Below, piece after piece: positions 63,971 to 63,977 of a stretch of 63,977 nucleotides of DNA. Below the pieces are notes generated by a model. The model did not search any database. It had not been told where the DNA came from and saw only the letters and a program-made list of their open reading frames with translations. The position numbers and the translations under genes are program-made. The stretch spans positions 143,083,062 through 143,147,038 of the forward strand of contig NC_068981.1 of assembly GCF_001194135.2 (NCBI RefSeq), read 5' to 3'. Numbering within the stretch: the stretch's first letter is position 1; each line of letters opens with the position of its first letter. This stretch comes from Octopus bimaculoides (taxonomy: Eukaryota).

Positions 63971-63977
63971 GTATATA

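Overview
AT-rich, gap-ridden eukaryotic sequence with many N runs flanked by (AT)n/(GT)n microsatellites. The SINE families look like those I recall from Octopus (probably an O. bimaculoides-type short-read scaffold; this is inference). No host gene could be confidently identified. Most ORF-track entries are microsatellite or N artefacts, and only weak exon candidates remain. The window is a transposon graveyard: (i) a near-complete dead Penelope-like element (PLE; RT+GIY-YIG, 28558-31709, 14-bp TSD); (ii) a 593-bp ORF-less derivative of the same PLE family (19695-20287, 13-bp TSD) inserted into a decayed Chapaev/CMC-like transposase; (iii) a second, Neptune-type PLE remnant next to an R4/Dong-like RT fragment; (iv) a full-length dead RTE LINE (50908-54818); (v) an L1/Tx1 3' fragment; (vi) a Tc1/mariner-like MITE; (vii) about 20 tRNA-derived SINE copies, including a recurrent dimer/trimer. 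The most interesting signal is in the PLE terminal repeat (pLTR), which carries in series a tRNA-Arg-like Pol III cassette, an (AAT)n spacer and a minimal, dimer-type hammerhead ribozyme. One arm of the mini-element starts almost exactly at the tRNA head. This suggests a Penelope-mobilised, Pol III-driven, ribozyme-bearing SINE-like RNA.
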